From the NCBI GenBank assembly GCA_963727455.1, contig CAVSGG010000005.1:192001-256000 (forward strand): DNA of 64,000 bases. Direction: 5' to 3'. Source of the DNA: Candidatus Krumholzibacteriota bacterium. GTDB lineage: Bacteria; Krumholzibacteriota; Krumholzibacteriia; JAJRXK01. The position numbers were made by a program, and so were the translations under genes. Of the stretch, positions 28,136 through 37,955 are shown in pieces (the first letter of the stretch is position 1; each line of letters opens with the position of its first letter). Under the pieces are notes generated by a model. The model was not told the origin of the DNA, ran no database searches, and saw only the letters and a program-made list of their open reading frames with translations.

Positions 28136-29053
28136 ATGAACACCCACCATCAGCCGGTGATGCTCACGGAGGTGCTCGACTACCTTCTTCCCACGCCCGG
28201 CAAGGTGGTGGTGGATATGACTCTGGGCGGTGGCGGTTACAGCGCGGCTTGTCTGGAGGCAGGAGCCCACGTCATTGGGCTCGACATGGATCTGGAAGCG
28301 ATCGCGGGCGCGTCGGAGCGCCTCTCCTCCCACGGCGATCGGTTCATCGTTCGACACGCTGCATTTTCGAACTTCGGTGCAGTGTTGGATGAGTTGGGGC
28401 TTTCACACGCGGACGGCATCTGCATGGATCTGGGACTCAGCAGCGATCAGCTCGAAGACGCCAGCCGGGGATTCAGCCACCAGGCGGAAGGTCCCTTCGA
28501 TCTGCGCTTCGATTCTTCCCGTGGAACACCCGCCGCGCAGCATCTGCGCCACGCTCCGCTGTCTCAGATTCGAACTTGGTTAAGTGAGTACGGCGAAGTG
28601 CGGGTGGCAGGTCGCGTCGCGCGCGCGCTGCACGAACTGGCCAAGGAAGGAGATTCTCTTACCGCGGCCAGCGTCAGAGAACGGGTTCTGAGTGTCCTGC
28701 CTCGAGGCGCCAAGAAGGAAGCGGAGCTCGCGCGCGTCTTTCAGGCCTTCCGCATTTTGGTGAACGACGAAATGGGTCAGCTGGATGCCGCTCTGCAGGA
28801 GATTCCCGCCCGGCTGCGCTCCGGTGGACGTTTCGTGGCAGTTAGCTACCACAGTCTGGAAGACCGCAAAGTGAAGGCGATGCTGCGCCGCGAATCGCGA
28901 GGAGCGCAGGGATCCCGCCACCTGCCACCGGTCGAGCCGCGGGCCCGGCGACTCAAAGTGCTCACGCCGCGACCCGTGGGACCGAGCTCCGAGGAGATTC
29001 GTAGAAATCCCCGAGCCCGGTCCGCTCGCTTGCGTGCGGCGGAGGGTCTGTGA
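28136..29053 (+). CDS. rsmH: 16S rRNA m4C1402 methyltransferase
   Basis: HQPVML, DMTLGGGG, DLGLSS, FQAFRILVN, SYHSLEDR, NPRARSARLR. Confidence 0.96.
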   Translation: MNTHHQPVMLTEVLDYLLPTPGKVVVDMTLGGGGYSAACLEAGAHVIGLDMDLEAIAGASERLSSHGDRFIVRHAAFSNFGAVLDELGLSHADGICMDLGLSSDQLEDASRGFSHQAEGPFDLRFDSSRGTPAAQHLRHAPLSQIRTWLSEYGEVRVAGRVARALHELAKEGDSLTAASVRERVLSVLPRGAKKEAELARVFQAFRILVNDEMGQLDAALQEIPARLRSGGRFVAVSYHSLEDRKVKAMLRRESRGAQGSRHLPPVEPRARRLKVLTPRPVGPSSEEIRRNPRARSARLRAAEGL

Positions 29054-29466
29054 TGGGTGCCCGCCGTCGTCCCCGTCCTCGCCGCCAGCGCTCTCGCGTT
29101 GCCTTGCGTTCCACTCTCATCCTGGTGGCGCTCTTGGGCACCTTGTTCATGGCGTGCTGGGGGGCGAATCGCGTCGAGCGCCTCGAGAGGAAGAGGACCG
29201 CGCTGCAACGGGAAATCGATTTTCAGGGGGACGAATATCGCCGTCTCCTCTCGGCATGGCTACGCGCGACAGATCGCGAGAGGATCGTGGGCAGGGCGAG
29301 TCGGGAACTCGCATTGATGGAGCCATCGCCCCAGGACCGTTCCATTCTGGTCCTGCCTTCGACGGATGAGAAGGACACGGTGGCCCATCCGTTTCTCGAG
29401 CATCTCGCGCGAAGCCTGGATCGCTACGGTCAAGTCGAGAGTGCGCTGGCCAAGGAGGGTCAATGA
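29050..29466 (+). CDS. ftsL: Cell division protein FtsL-like
   Basis: Basic N-terminus, one TM, coiled coil; lies between rsmH and ftsI. Confidence 0.7.
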   Translation: MMGARRRPRPRRQRSRVALRSTLILVALLGTLFMACWGANRVERLERKRTALQREIDFQGDEYRRLLSAWLRATDRERIVGRASRELALMEPSPQDRSILVLPSTDEKDTVAHPFLEHLARSLDRYGQVESALAKEGQ

Positions 29467-31409
29467 ACCCTCGCTATTCCCGGGCCCGCTTCTTGACTTT
29501 TGCCTGCGTCATCGCTGCGGCTCTCGTGAGTCTCTTCGCGCGATTGGCCTGGGTGCAGATCATCGACCACGGTCAGGCGCATCGCCAACTCACCGAGATG
29601 AGCCAGAACGTGACCGAGCTTTTGCCGCGCAGAGGCAATATCCTGGATCGTCTGGGCTATCCACTCGCCGTTACCGAGGCCTGCTATGAAGTCGGTGTCA
29701 GTCGTCCCGAGTACTGGCGAGATGACGAGAAGGCCAAGCAGCTGGCCGGTCTCTTGGGCATGTCCTCCAGTGAAATCCAACACAAGCTTCGTGGGCGTCA
29801 TACGCACACCTACCTGAGCCGCAACGTCGTTCTCTCGCCGGAGAAAGTCGATGCGCTGCGTTGCCAACCGTATCTGTCGGTGGACGAGCGCCTGAAGCGC
29901 AGCTACCCGATGGATGGAGTCGCCGCTCGGCTTCTCGGACGGGTGAACCGCAGCGGTCATGGTGATGCAGGCATCGAGAGACTGTGTGACACGGTACTCG
30001 CAGGCCATCCAGGGCGGGTGCTCAATCGCTACGACGCGGCGGCGGGCACCGCTCCCATCATGCGCCAAATTCTGGTGAAGCCGGTTCCGGGGCGTGACGT
30101 GATTCTCACCCTCGATCATCGAGTGCAGATGATTCTGGAGGAGGAACTCGAAGCGACGAAGGAAGAAGCTGGGGCAAGCTCGGTCATGGGCATCGTCATG
30201 GATCCGCGCGACGGGTCCGTGCTGGCCGCGGCCACCGCGCCCGGCATCGCAAGCCGCGAGAACAAGCCCTATCTCTCCAGCGAGTGGCGCGATCCGATCG
30301 TGCTCGATGCTTTTGAACCGGGGTCCTCTTTCAAACTATTCACCGCAGCTTCTCTCTTGCGTCATGCCCTGTGTGACACCTCGGAAGTGTTCGACGGAGA
30401 GGGCCATCCGAAGGAATACAGGAGCAGCGCGGACATGGGAGGATTCACCTTCCACGACGTGCATCCGGTCGGCCTGGTCAGCCTCCGAGTCGCCTTCATC
30501 GTCAGCTCGAACATCATCTTCGGAAAGGCCGCCTCGCTCTTACACCCGGATGAATTCGAGAATGATCTGCGTCGATTCGGTCTGGGAATGCCCACCGGGT
30601 GCGGTCTCTCCGGAGAGAGCTCGGGCATTTTAAAAAGCACCCCGGATTGGTCGGGGCGGACACAGGCCACCATGGCAATCGGGCAGGAGATCTCGGTCAC
30701 TCTCTTGCAGATGGCGGCGGGATACAGTGCGCTGCTGACTGACGGCACTTTAAGAGTACCGCGATTCGTGGCGGCCTGGCGTGACGAGGAAGGTCAGGAG
30801 CATCCACTGCGCCCGCGTGTGGTTCGCGAAGACATCGTGCCACCGAAGGTCCCACCGATCCTGAGGGATCTGTGCCGCCAGGTGGTCCAGATGGACTACG
30901 GAAGCGGGCAGGGCGCTCGGGTCGAGGGACTGAGCGTGGGCGGGAAGACCGGTACGGCTCAGATCGCGCGCTCGGACGGGAAAGGTTATGAGCCCAACGC
31001 ATACATGGCGGATTTCATTGGGGTCGTTCCTGCCGAAGCTCCTCAGCTCCTTGTTGCCATCGTTGTCCAGAGACCCAAAGTCGAGCGCCGCTGGGGTGGA
31101 GATACGGCGGCCGGTTGTTTCTCGCGCGTGGTGAGTAAGGTGCTTTCCGCCACGCGCCTTCTGGATTATCGCCGGCCATTGCTCGCAACGTCCGAGGAGG
31201 AAGAGTCGGGGAAGACGGTGGAAATGCCCGAGCTCTTCGGTCTCTCCCTCCAAAAGGTGCGAGAGTCCCTGGGCCGCACGGGGTGCAGACTCTTGAACGA
31301 GGCCCCTTCCGCCGATGCAAGGGTCGTGGGACAGATGCCACAGGCCGGGTCGCCAATTTTGCCCGGAGGAGTGGTGCGCGTGGCATGGACGCAAGGGGGT
31401 GGGGAATGA
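29463..31409 (+). CDS. ftsI: Class B penicillin-binding protein with PASTA domain
   Basis: RGNILDR, EPGSSFK (SxxK), SSN, GKTGTAQ, C-terminal PASTA. Confidence 0.93.
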   Translation: MNPRYSRARFLTFACVIAAALVSLFARLAWVQIIDHGQAHRQLTEMSQNVTELLPRRGNILDRLGYPLAVTEACYEVGVSRPEYWRDDEKAKQLAGLLGMSSSEIQHKLRGRHTHTYLSRNVVLSPEKVDALRCQPYLSVDERLKRSYPMDGVAARLLGRVNRSGHGDAGIERLCDTVLAGHPGRVLNRYDAAAGTAPIMRQILVKPVPGRDVILTLDHRVQMILEEELEATKEEAGASSVMGIVMDPRDGSVLAAATAPGIASRENKPYLSSEWRDPIVLDAFEPGSSFKLFTAASLLRHALCDTSEVFDGEGHPKEYRSSADMGGFTFHDVHPVGLVSLRVAFIVSSNIIFGKAASLLHPDEFENDLRRFGLGMPTGCGLSGESSGILKSTPDWSGRTQATMAIGQEISVTLLQMAAGYSALLTDGTLRVPRFVAAWRDEEGQEHPLRPRVVREDIVPPKVPPILRDLCRQVVQMDYGSGQGARVEGLSVGGKTGTAQIARSDGKGYEPNAYMADFIGVVPAEAPQLLVAIVVQRPKVERRWGGDTAAGCFSRVVSKVLSATRLLDYRRPLLATSEEEESGKTVEMPELFGLSLQKVRESLGRTGCRLLNEAPSADARVVGQMPQAGSPILPGGVVRVAWTQGGGE

Positions 31410-32911
31410 ACCCGCGTTCCCTTCTCGGCGATCTCGGTGCACAACTGAAGCTCCGGCCGCTCACTACATCGTCCGACGTTTCGGTGAACGATGTCTGCAG
31501 TGATTCGAGAAGGGTGAAAGCCGGCTCGTGTTTCGTGGCGGTGAAAGGACACGCGGTGGACGGTCACGAATATGTGGCCGAGGCTCTGGCAAGCGGGGCC
31601 AGGGCGATCATCGTTCAGGAGGGTCACAAGCCGGTGAGTTTGGCCAACACCGATGCGGCTTTCTATGCAGTCGAGGACACGCGACATGCTCTCGGGGTTT
31701 TGGCGCGTGAATTCCACGGCAAACCCGACCTGAAGCTCCAGCTGGTGGCGGTGACCGGGACCAATGGCAAGACGACGGTGAGTCACCTCGTCCGGGACAT
31801 CCTGGCGGAGTCCGGGCGCAGCTGCGGGTTGCTGGGGACCATTGAGTACGATACGGGAATTCAGCGGAGTGCGGCTTCACTGACCACTCCGGATCCGACA
31901 GAATTCTACCGGCTGCTGGACGAGATGTGTGAAGCCGGGCTCTCGAGCTGTGCTTTCGAAGCCAGTTCGCACGCATTGGATCAGGAGCGTATCGGCACCG
32001 CTGAAGTAGATGTCGCGGCATTCACCAATTTGAGCCGTGAACACCTCGACTACCATCCGGACCTTCAGAGCTATCTGGGCGCAAAACGACGGCTGCTCGA
32101 TCGACTCGAGGGTAGCTCGCGCGAGAAGTCCGTCGGCTGTGCCGTGGTCTTCGTCGATGACGAGACTTTCGCCGCCGTTCCCTGGCCCAAGCGAACGCTC
32201 AGAGTGGGGCGTCGCGCGGGGAGCGACTTGCGCTTGCTCGATTCCACTCTTGACCGCGATGGGATTTCGTTCCAAGTCGAATTGCAACACGAGCAGGTCG
32301 AGTTTCACTCCCGGCTCCTGGGTGGGTTCAACGTGGACAACGCCCTCGTGGCTTTGGGATGTGGATCGGCTCTGGGGCTTTCGAAAGAAGAGTTGCAGGC
32401 GGGTCTGGCCGCGGCCCAACCAGTGCGAGGTCGGCTGCAAGCGGTCGAGCTCTCGGGTGGACCTTTGGTAGTGGTCGACTACGCGCACACGCCCGATGGT
32501 CTGAAGAAGGCACTCTCCGCCTGCCGCGAATTCAGCCGAGGGCGCATTCATGTCGTGTTCGGTTGTGGGGGTGACCGCGACAGAGGCAAGCGTCCTCTCA
32601 TGGCAGCAACCGTGATGGATGGGGCGGACCAAATCTATCTTACGCTCGATAACCCGCGCACCGAAGATCCGCAGAGGATCTTCGCGGATGTCGAGAGTGG
32701 AATGCGACGCGCCTATGATGAGGGCAGGGCGCGCACCATCGAGGATCGGGGAGCTGCGATCGCAGCTGCTCTCGAGGCCGCCGACAGCGAAGATCTCATT
32801 CTTCTAGCCGGAAAGGGACATGAGAATTACCAGATCGTCGGCACCGAGAAGCAGCCCTGGGATGACGCGAGCGCGGCACGTGCTGCCTGGGACGTGGGGA
32901 GGAAGGCATGA
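31406..32911 (+). CDS. murE: UDP-MurNAc-tripeptide synthetase (meso-DAP type)
   Basis: TGTNGKTT, DYAHTPD, GCGGDRD, DNPR, AGKGHE. Confidence 0.96.
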   Translation: MNPRSLLGDLGAQLKLRPLTTSSDVSVNDVCSDSRRVKAGSCFVAVKGHAVDGHEYVAEALASGARAIIVQEGHKPVSLANTDAAFYAVEDTRHALGVLAREFHGKPDLKLQLVAVTGTNGKTTVSHLVRDILAESGRSCGLLGTIEYDTGIQRSAASLTTPDPTEFYRLLDEMCEAGLSSCAFEASSHALDQERIGTAEVDVAAFTNLSREHLDYHPDLQSYLGAKRRLLDRLEGSSREKSVGCAVVFVDDETFAAVPWPKRTLRVGRRAGSDLRLLDSTLDRDGISFQVELQHEQVEFHSRLLGGFNVDNALVALGCGSALGLSKEELQAGLAAAQPVRGRLQAVELSGGPLVVVDYAHTPDGLKKALSACREFSRGRIHVVFGCGGDRDRGKRPLMAATVMDGADQIYLTLDNPRTEDPQRIFADVESGMRRAYDEGRARTIEDRGAAIAAALEAADSEDLILLAGKGHENYQIVGTEKQPWDDASAARAAWDVGRKA

Positions 32912-34313
32912 GCTTCACTGCCTACGACATCCACGAGTGGCTCGACGAAGCGGAAGTAGCCCACCGTCTCCTACGCGCGGATGGAGCGGTGTGGACCTCC
33001 GAGAATAGTCTGGCCTCGCAGATTCTCCACGGCGCCGTCGTCGACAGCCGGCAGAGCCAAGCGGCAACCCTCTTCGTCGCAATGCAGGGGGAACGGCACC
33101 ACGGCGCGGACTTTCTGGTGCAGAGTTTCGAGAGAGGCGCATCCGCGGCGCTGGTAGAAAACAAGATTCCCCACGCCGAAGGCTACGAGCAGCCGGTCTT
33201 TCTGGTGGAGGACATGCGCGCGGCTCTCTTTGCTCTCACTCGAGGCTGGCTTCACAAGCATCCGACCACGGTAGCCGGAATCACGGGATCCAACGGCAAG
33301 ACGACTACCAAGGACATGACGAAAGCGGCGCTGAGCGACCGCGAGGTTGGAGTGAGCCCGGGAAATCTGAACAGCAGCATCGGACTTCCTCTGGCCGTGC
33401 TCTCGCAACCCGATCATCTGGATCTTCTGGTGCTGGAGATGGGTGCTTCGCGCAAGGGAGAGATCGCAGCTTTGAGCGAGTGCGTGAGGCCGCGCATCGG
33501 CTGTGTCACCAATGTGGGAGCGGCCCACCTGGAGAACTTCGGTGACCTGGAAGGCGTCCTGGTCGAGAAGTCAGCTCTCCTGGAGAACCTGCCGCCCCAG
33601 GGCCATGCGGTCTTACCCGGTGACGATGCAAGCTACCAGCGACTGCTTAAAGCTTGCAGAGCAGAAGAGAGAATCACTTTCGGTAAGAACAAGAAGTGCG
33701 ATGTGAGGCTCCAGAGGTGCCAACAGACGGTCGAAGGTCTGCGCGTGAAAGTGCAGGGAGTCGAGACGGTTCTCCCACTCTTCGGCGAGGCCAATGGACT
33801 CAACGCCGCAGCTGCATGCGCGATCGCAAAGGTCGCGGGGGTCGAAATCGACGATGCGCTTCCCCGCATCGCCGAGGCCACCGTCTCTCCGCATCGGAGC
33901 CGTTTCGTGCGGCACGCCGGCTGCGTCATTTTGGACGATTGCTACAATGCAAATCCTTCCAGCATGGAGTCCGCGCTGAGAAGCCTCGCTCAGCTCCCTG
34001 TCCAGGGCCGCAAGATCGCCGTTCTCGGCAGCATGGCAGAGCTCGGGCCCGAGAGCACGAATCTGCATCGGCGCGTGGTAATGCGGGCCCGCGAGTTGGG
34101 GATAGATGAACTGGTGCCAGTGGGACGGCAGATGGTCTTTGCCACCGACGAGCAGGCTGATCCCGACCAAGACCTGAGCGAACTAGGTCACGAGATTGCG
34201 CGAGGACTGCGCGAAGGCGACGCGGTTTTGCTGAAAGCCAGCCGTAGTGTGGGTCTGGAAGTGGTTCTCGAGTCGCTATTGGAGGAATTGAGCGCGCGGG
34301 GGGGGGAGACTGA
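32908..34313 (+). CDS. murF: UDP-MurNAc-pentapeptide synthetase; 3' end affected by a G9 tract
   Basis: TGSNGKTTTK, DDCYNANP, LKASR. Homology ends ~34300; as written the frame misses TGA 34311-34313 and runs to 35028. Confidence 0.92.
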
Positions 34314-35401
34314 TGTTCTACGAACTCGTCGAGATTCTCCGCGGCAGCTGGGGCGGATTCAACGTCTTCCGGTACATCACATTTCGTGCTGCCTACGCCA
34401 CCGTTACTGCGCTTCTCATCTGCTTCGTGTTCGGAGGGTGGGCCATTGCGAAACTTCGTTCGCTCCAGATCGGGGAGACCATCAGGGAAGAGGGGCCGGA
34501 GGGACACCGTGTCAAAGCGGGCACGCCCACCATGGGGGGGCTGTTGATCCTGGCCGCCATCATCATTCCCATGTTGCTGTGGGGGAATCTCGGAAACCAA
34601 CTGGTCAAAGTGGCGCTTCTCAGCACGGTCTTCATGGGGCTGCTCGGTTTTATCGACGACTATCTGAAAGTCGTCATGAAGAAGAGGAATGGGCTGTCGG
34701 GTCGCTGGAAAATCTTGGCCCAGGGAATCTTCGGACTGGTTCTGGCGCTTTGGATGGTGCGTACGCCCGAGTACGCCGGAATCGCGACCGAGAGCACTCT
34801 ACCCTTCTTCAAGGGCGTCATGCTCAACTGGGGCTGGCTGTATGTGCCCCTGGTCGTGCTGGTCTTCTCTGGTACCACGAATGCGGTAAACCTGGCCGAC
34901 GGTCTCGACGGCCTGGCCGTGGGCTTGGCGGCCCTGTGTTTCGCGGCTTTCGCAGTCCTGGCTTACGTGACCGGGAACAGTGTCATCAGCGGTTACTTGA
35001 ACATCTTGTTTCTGAGGGATGCCGGTGAGCTCTCGGTCTTCGCGATGGCGGTCCTGGGAGCTTCGCTCGGTTTCCTGTGGTACAACGCGCACCCGGCGGA
35101 AGTCTTCATGGGCGATACCGGGGCCATGGCGCTGGGCGGCGCGCTGGCGAGCGTGGCTCTTTTGATCAAGCAAGAATTGCTACTCGTGGTCATTGGTGGA
35201 GTGTTCGTGGCAGAGGCGCTCTCGGTCGCCCTGCAGGTCTTGAGCTATCGCATGCGAAGCGGCAAGCGCGTCTTTCTCATGGCGCCCATTCACCACCACT
35301 TCGAAAAGCTCGGCTGGAGCGAATCGAAAGTCGTGATCCGTTTCTGGATCGTGGGTGCGCTCTTGGTGTTGCTTTCGGTCTCGACCCTGAAGCTAAGGTG
35401 A
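34313..35401 (+). CDS. mraY: Phospho-N-acetylmuramoyl-pentapeptide transferase
   Basis: KAGTPTMGG, GFIDD, NAVNLADGLDGL, FMGDTG, MAPIHHHFE. Confidence 0.97.
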   Translation: MFYELVEILRGSWGGFNVFRYITFRAAYATVTALLICFVFGGWAIAKLRSLQIGETIREEGPEGHRVKAGTPTMGGLLILAAIIIPMLLWGNLGNQLVKVALLSTVFMGLLGFIDDYLKVVMKKRNGLSGRWKILAQGIFGLVLALWMVRTPEYAGIATESTLPFFKGVMLNWGWLYVPLVVLVFSGTTNAVNLADGLDGLAVGLAALCFAAFAVLAYVTGNSVISGYLNILFLRDAGELSVFAMAVLGASLGFLWYNAHPAEVFMGDTGAMALGGALASVALLIKQELLLVVIGGVFVAEALSVALQVLSYRMRSGKRVFLMAPIHHHFEKLGWSESKVVIRFWIVGALLVLLSVSTLKLR

Positions 35402-36813
35402 TGATGAGAGTGATGTCTCGAGCAATGGAGATCCTGCCGCGCGACGGCTCTTGGCGCGATACCCGCGTCGGAGTCTTCGGTCTGGGCAGAAGCGGGGGTG
35501 CCGCCGCCGAACTCCTCTTGAATGAGGGGTGCCGAGTCACTCTGTTCGACGATCGCCAAGCCGACGAACTCAGCGAGGTGCTCGCGAAGCTGGGCAATCG
35601 CGTCAACGCGTTTCACACGGGGGCAGAAGCTGGTACTGAAGCCGCGGTACGCGAACTCGAGGTGCTGATCGTCAGTCCCGGCATTCCTGACAGCAATCCG
35701 GTGGTGCAGCAGGCGCTCCAGCAAGGCCTGCCCGTCTACAGTGAATTGGAGTTGGCGGCCCGTCGCGTCGAAGGTCCTCTCTTGGTGGTGACGGGAACCA
35801 ACGGGAAGAGCACGACCGTCAGCCTTATCCATCATCTCCTGGGCTGCGCAGGAAAGTCTTCTCTCTTGGCGGGCAACATCGGAACTGCGCTGAGTGCTGT
35901 CGTGAACGATGCCGGGCCCGGGGTGTTCGTCGTAGTGGAGGCTTCTTCCTTCCAGCTCGAACACGTCGAGCAGCTTCACCCGGACGTGGCGGTGCTTTTG
36001 AATATCGCTCCGGATCATCTCAATCGGTATCCGGACATGGAATCCTACGCTGAAGCGAAGCGCCGGATGCTGCAGCGAATGGATGAAAACGACGCATTCG
36101 TATTTCCCCGGGGGGAGGTCTGGGCCGAAGCGTGGAGCGCGGTTTGCTCTTCTCGCAAGCTCCGCTTCCAGCCCGCGCCGATCGCCGCCGGGGAAGACGG
36201 GACCGGTCTCGCTCAGGACTGGCTCGTTCAACGCAGCGGGGGGCGAGAGGAGCGCATCCTCTCCGCCTCCGCGCTGCCTCTCTTGGGCCATCACAACCTA
36301 CTCAACGCCCTCGCCGCGCTCGCCGCGCTCCTTCCCTACCGAATCCCGGTCTCCTCCCTTGCGGAAGGTCTGAGCAGCTTCAAGGGACTTCCCCACCGCG
36401 TCGAACTCGTGGGCGAGATCGCGGGAGTTCGCTACGTGAACGACTCGAAAGCGACCAACGTACACGCGGCCTTGGCGGCACTCAGCGGTCTGACCGGCCC
36501 CTTCGTGATGCTCTTGGGAGGACAGGGTAAAGGCGAAGACTACAGTCCTCTCGCATCTGCGATGGGACAGGTGCGTACGGCGATCTGCTATGGCAAGGAG
36601 TCGGAGGCGATCGCGTCCGCGCTTCACGGTGCAGTCGAGCTCAAGAAGGTAGGGGGAATGCTCGAGGCCCTCCAGTTGGCGAAAGAGATCGCCAGTCGCG
36701 GCGATACCGTTCTGCTCTCCCCTGCCTGCACCAGCTACGACGAATTCTCCTCCTTCGTGGAGCGCGGGGAGGTCTTCACCGAGTGGGTCAAGAAGAAGGG
36801 AGGCCGGACGTGA
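35401..36813 (+). CDS. murD: UDP-MurNAc-L-Ala:D-Glu ligase
   Basis: GLGRSG, SPGI, TGTNGKST, EASSFQL, NDSKATN, LLSPAC. Confidence 0.96.
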   Translation: MMRVMSRAMEILPRDGSWRDTRVGVFGLGRSGGAAAELLLNEGCRVTLFDDRQADELSEVLAKLGNRVNAFHTGAEAGTEAAVRELEVLIVSPGIPDSNPVVQQALQQGLPVYSELELAARRVEGPLLVVTGTNGKSTTVSLIHHLLGCAGKSSLLAGNIGTALSAVVNDAGPGVFVVVEASSFQLEHVEQLHPDVAVLLNIAPDHLNRYPDMESYAEAKRRMLQRMDENDAFVFPRGEVWAEAWSAVCSSRKLRFQPAPIAAGEDGTGLAQDWLVQRSGGREERILSASALPLLGHHNLLNALAALAALLPYRIPVSSLAEGLSSFKGLPHRVELVGEIAGVRYVNDSKATNVHAALAALSGLTGPFVMLLGGQGKGEDYSPLASAMGQVRTAICYGKESEAIASALHGAVELKKVGGMLEALQLAKEIASRGDTVLLSPACTSYDEFSSFVERGEVFTEWVKKKGGRT

Positions 36814-37955
36814 AAAATGCCACCACGCTTCCCGATCGCAGGCTCGTCCTTCTGACTCTATTACTCGTCGGACTGGGAATGATCATGGTCTACGCTTCGA
36901 GCAGCTACCGCGCGAGCATGGCAGGAGTGACCGAATTCTCGTTCGCGGCACGTCAAACTTTGCGCGCGCTCATCGGACTCAGCGTGATGTTCCTGTTGGC
37001 GTGGATTCCCTACCGCGTCTCCTGCCGTTTTGCTCTGATCGCTCTGCCGGCAGCCGTGCTCATGCTATTGATCACAGTGGTGGGAACGAGTTTCACGCGG
37101 TCTTCCTACGGCATCACCCGATGGCTCCACATTTTCGGTGTCATCGTTCAGCCTGTCGAACTCGTGAAGTTGGGACTGGCGCTGGGACTTCCTTACTGGA
37201 TCGACCGCCATCCGGAGGTCACGAGAGAGGGCAAGGCATTTCTGCGGATGGCGGCGGTGCCGGGCATCGTGATCCTGCTCTTGGCTCTGCAACCGAATTT
37301 CGGTTCGGCGATGGCTTTGTCCTTCTTGTGCCTATGCCTGTTTTGGTTGGGCGGAGTCAAGGCGCGCTGGATCTTCCTGTTGCTTCTCGCGGGAGCGGTG
37401 CTCTGCTGGCTGGCCTACGCCCATGTGGGAAAAGTGCACGAGCGTGTCGCGGCCTGGATGGACCTGCTGCTCCGCGGTGGTCACGACGGACGCTTCGGCT
37501 ACCAGTCTTACCAGGCGCTGGTGGGCTTGGGAAGTGGCGGCTGGCGCGGGGTTGGACCGGGCATGAGCACCATGAAGTACCTCTTCCTGCCGGCCAGCCA
37601 CACCGATTTCATCTTCGCCATTCTGGGCGAGGAACTGGGCTTCTTGGGCGCCGGGGGTCTCATCATCATTCTCTTTTTCTGGTTCGCGCGTGCCTTGAAG
37701 GTCGCGCGGAACGCCCCGGACGGCTTGGCCTATCTAGTGACTCTGAGCATCGGCGCGATGGTGCTCTGCTACGCCGTACTCAACCTCGCGGTCGTCGTGG
37801 GACTGATGCCGGTGACCGGTCTTCCCTTGCCTTTCCTGAGCTACGGAGGCAGCGCTCTCATCACCAATCTCGCGGGCGTCGGCGTGTTGCTGAGTGTGAC
37901 TCGCCACCTGCGCCGCCGTCGCGCCCCCAACGATCGCTGGAGGAAGAGAGCATGA
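36810..37955 (+). CDS. ftsW: SEDS peptidoglycan polymerase FtsW
   Basis: MVYASS, QPVELVK, LQPNFG, LPASHTDFIF, LPFLSYGGS. Confidence 0.95.
   Translation: MKNATTLPDRRLVLLTLLLVGLGMIMVYASSSYRASMAGVTEFSFAARQTLRALIGLSVMFLLAWIPYRVSCRFALIALPAAVLMLLITVVGTSFTRSSYGITRWLHIFGVIVQPVELVKLGLALGLPYWIDRHPEVTREGKAFLRMAAVPGIVILLLALQPNFGSAMALSFLCLCLFWLGGVKARWIFLLLLAGAVLCWLAYAHVGKVHERVAAWMDLLLRGGHDGRFGYQSYQALVGLGSGGWRGVGPGMSTMKYLFLPASHTDFIFAILGEELGFLGAGGLIIILFFWFARALKVARNAPDGLAYLVTLSIGAMVLCYAVLNLAVVVGLMPVTGLPLPFLSYGGSALITNLAGVGVLLSVTRHLRRRRAPNDRWRKRA

Noticed and set aside
34314-35028. 706-aa MurF with a novel C-terminal domain
   Set aside because: The extension is an out-of-frame read of mraY caused by the G9 tract.
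35077-35400. N-terminal extensions on murD (also murE, ftsY, uppP and the 18897 and 61426 ORFs)
   Set aside because: Open frames overlapping upstream genes; downstream coupled starts fit the homology.
37001-37951. 692-aa MurG with long N-terminal extension
   Set aside because: Shadow frame over ftsW; the real start is ATG 37952, overlapping the ftsW stop.
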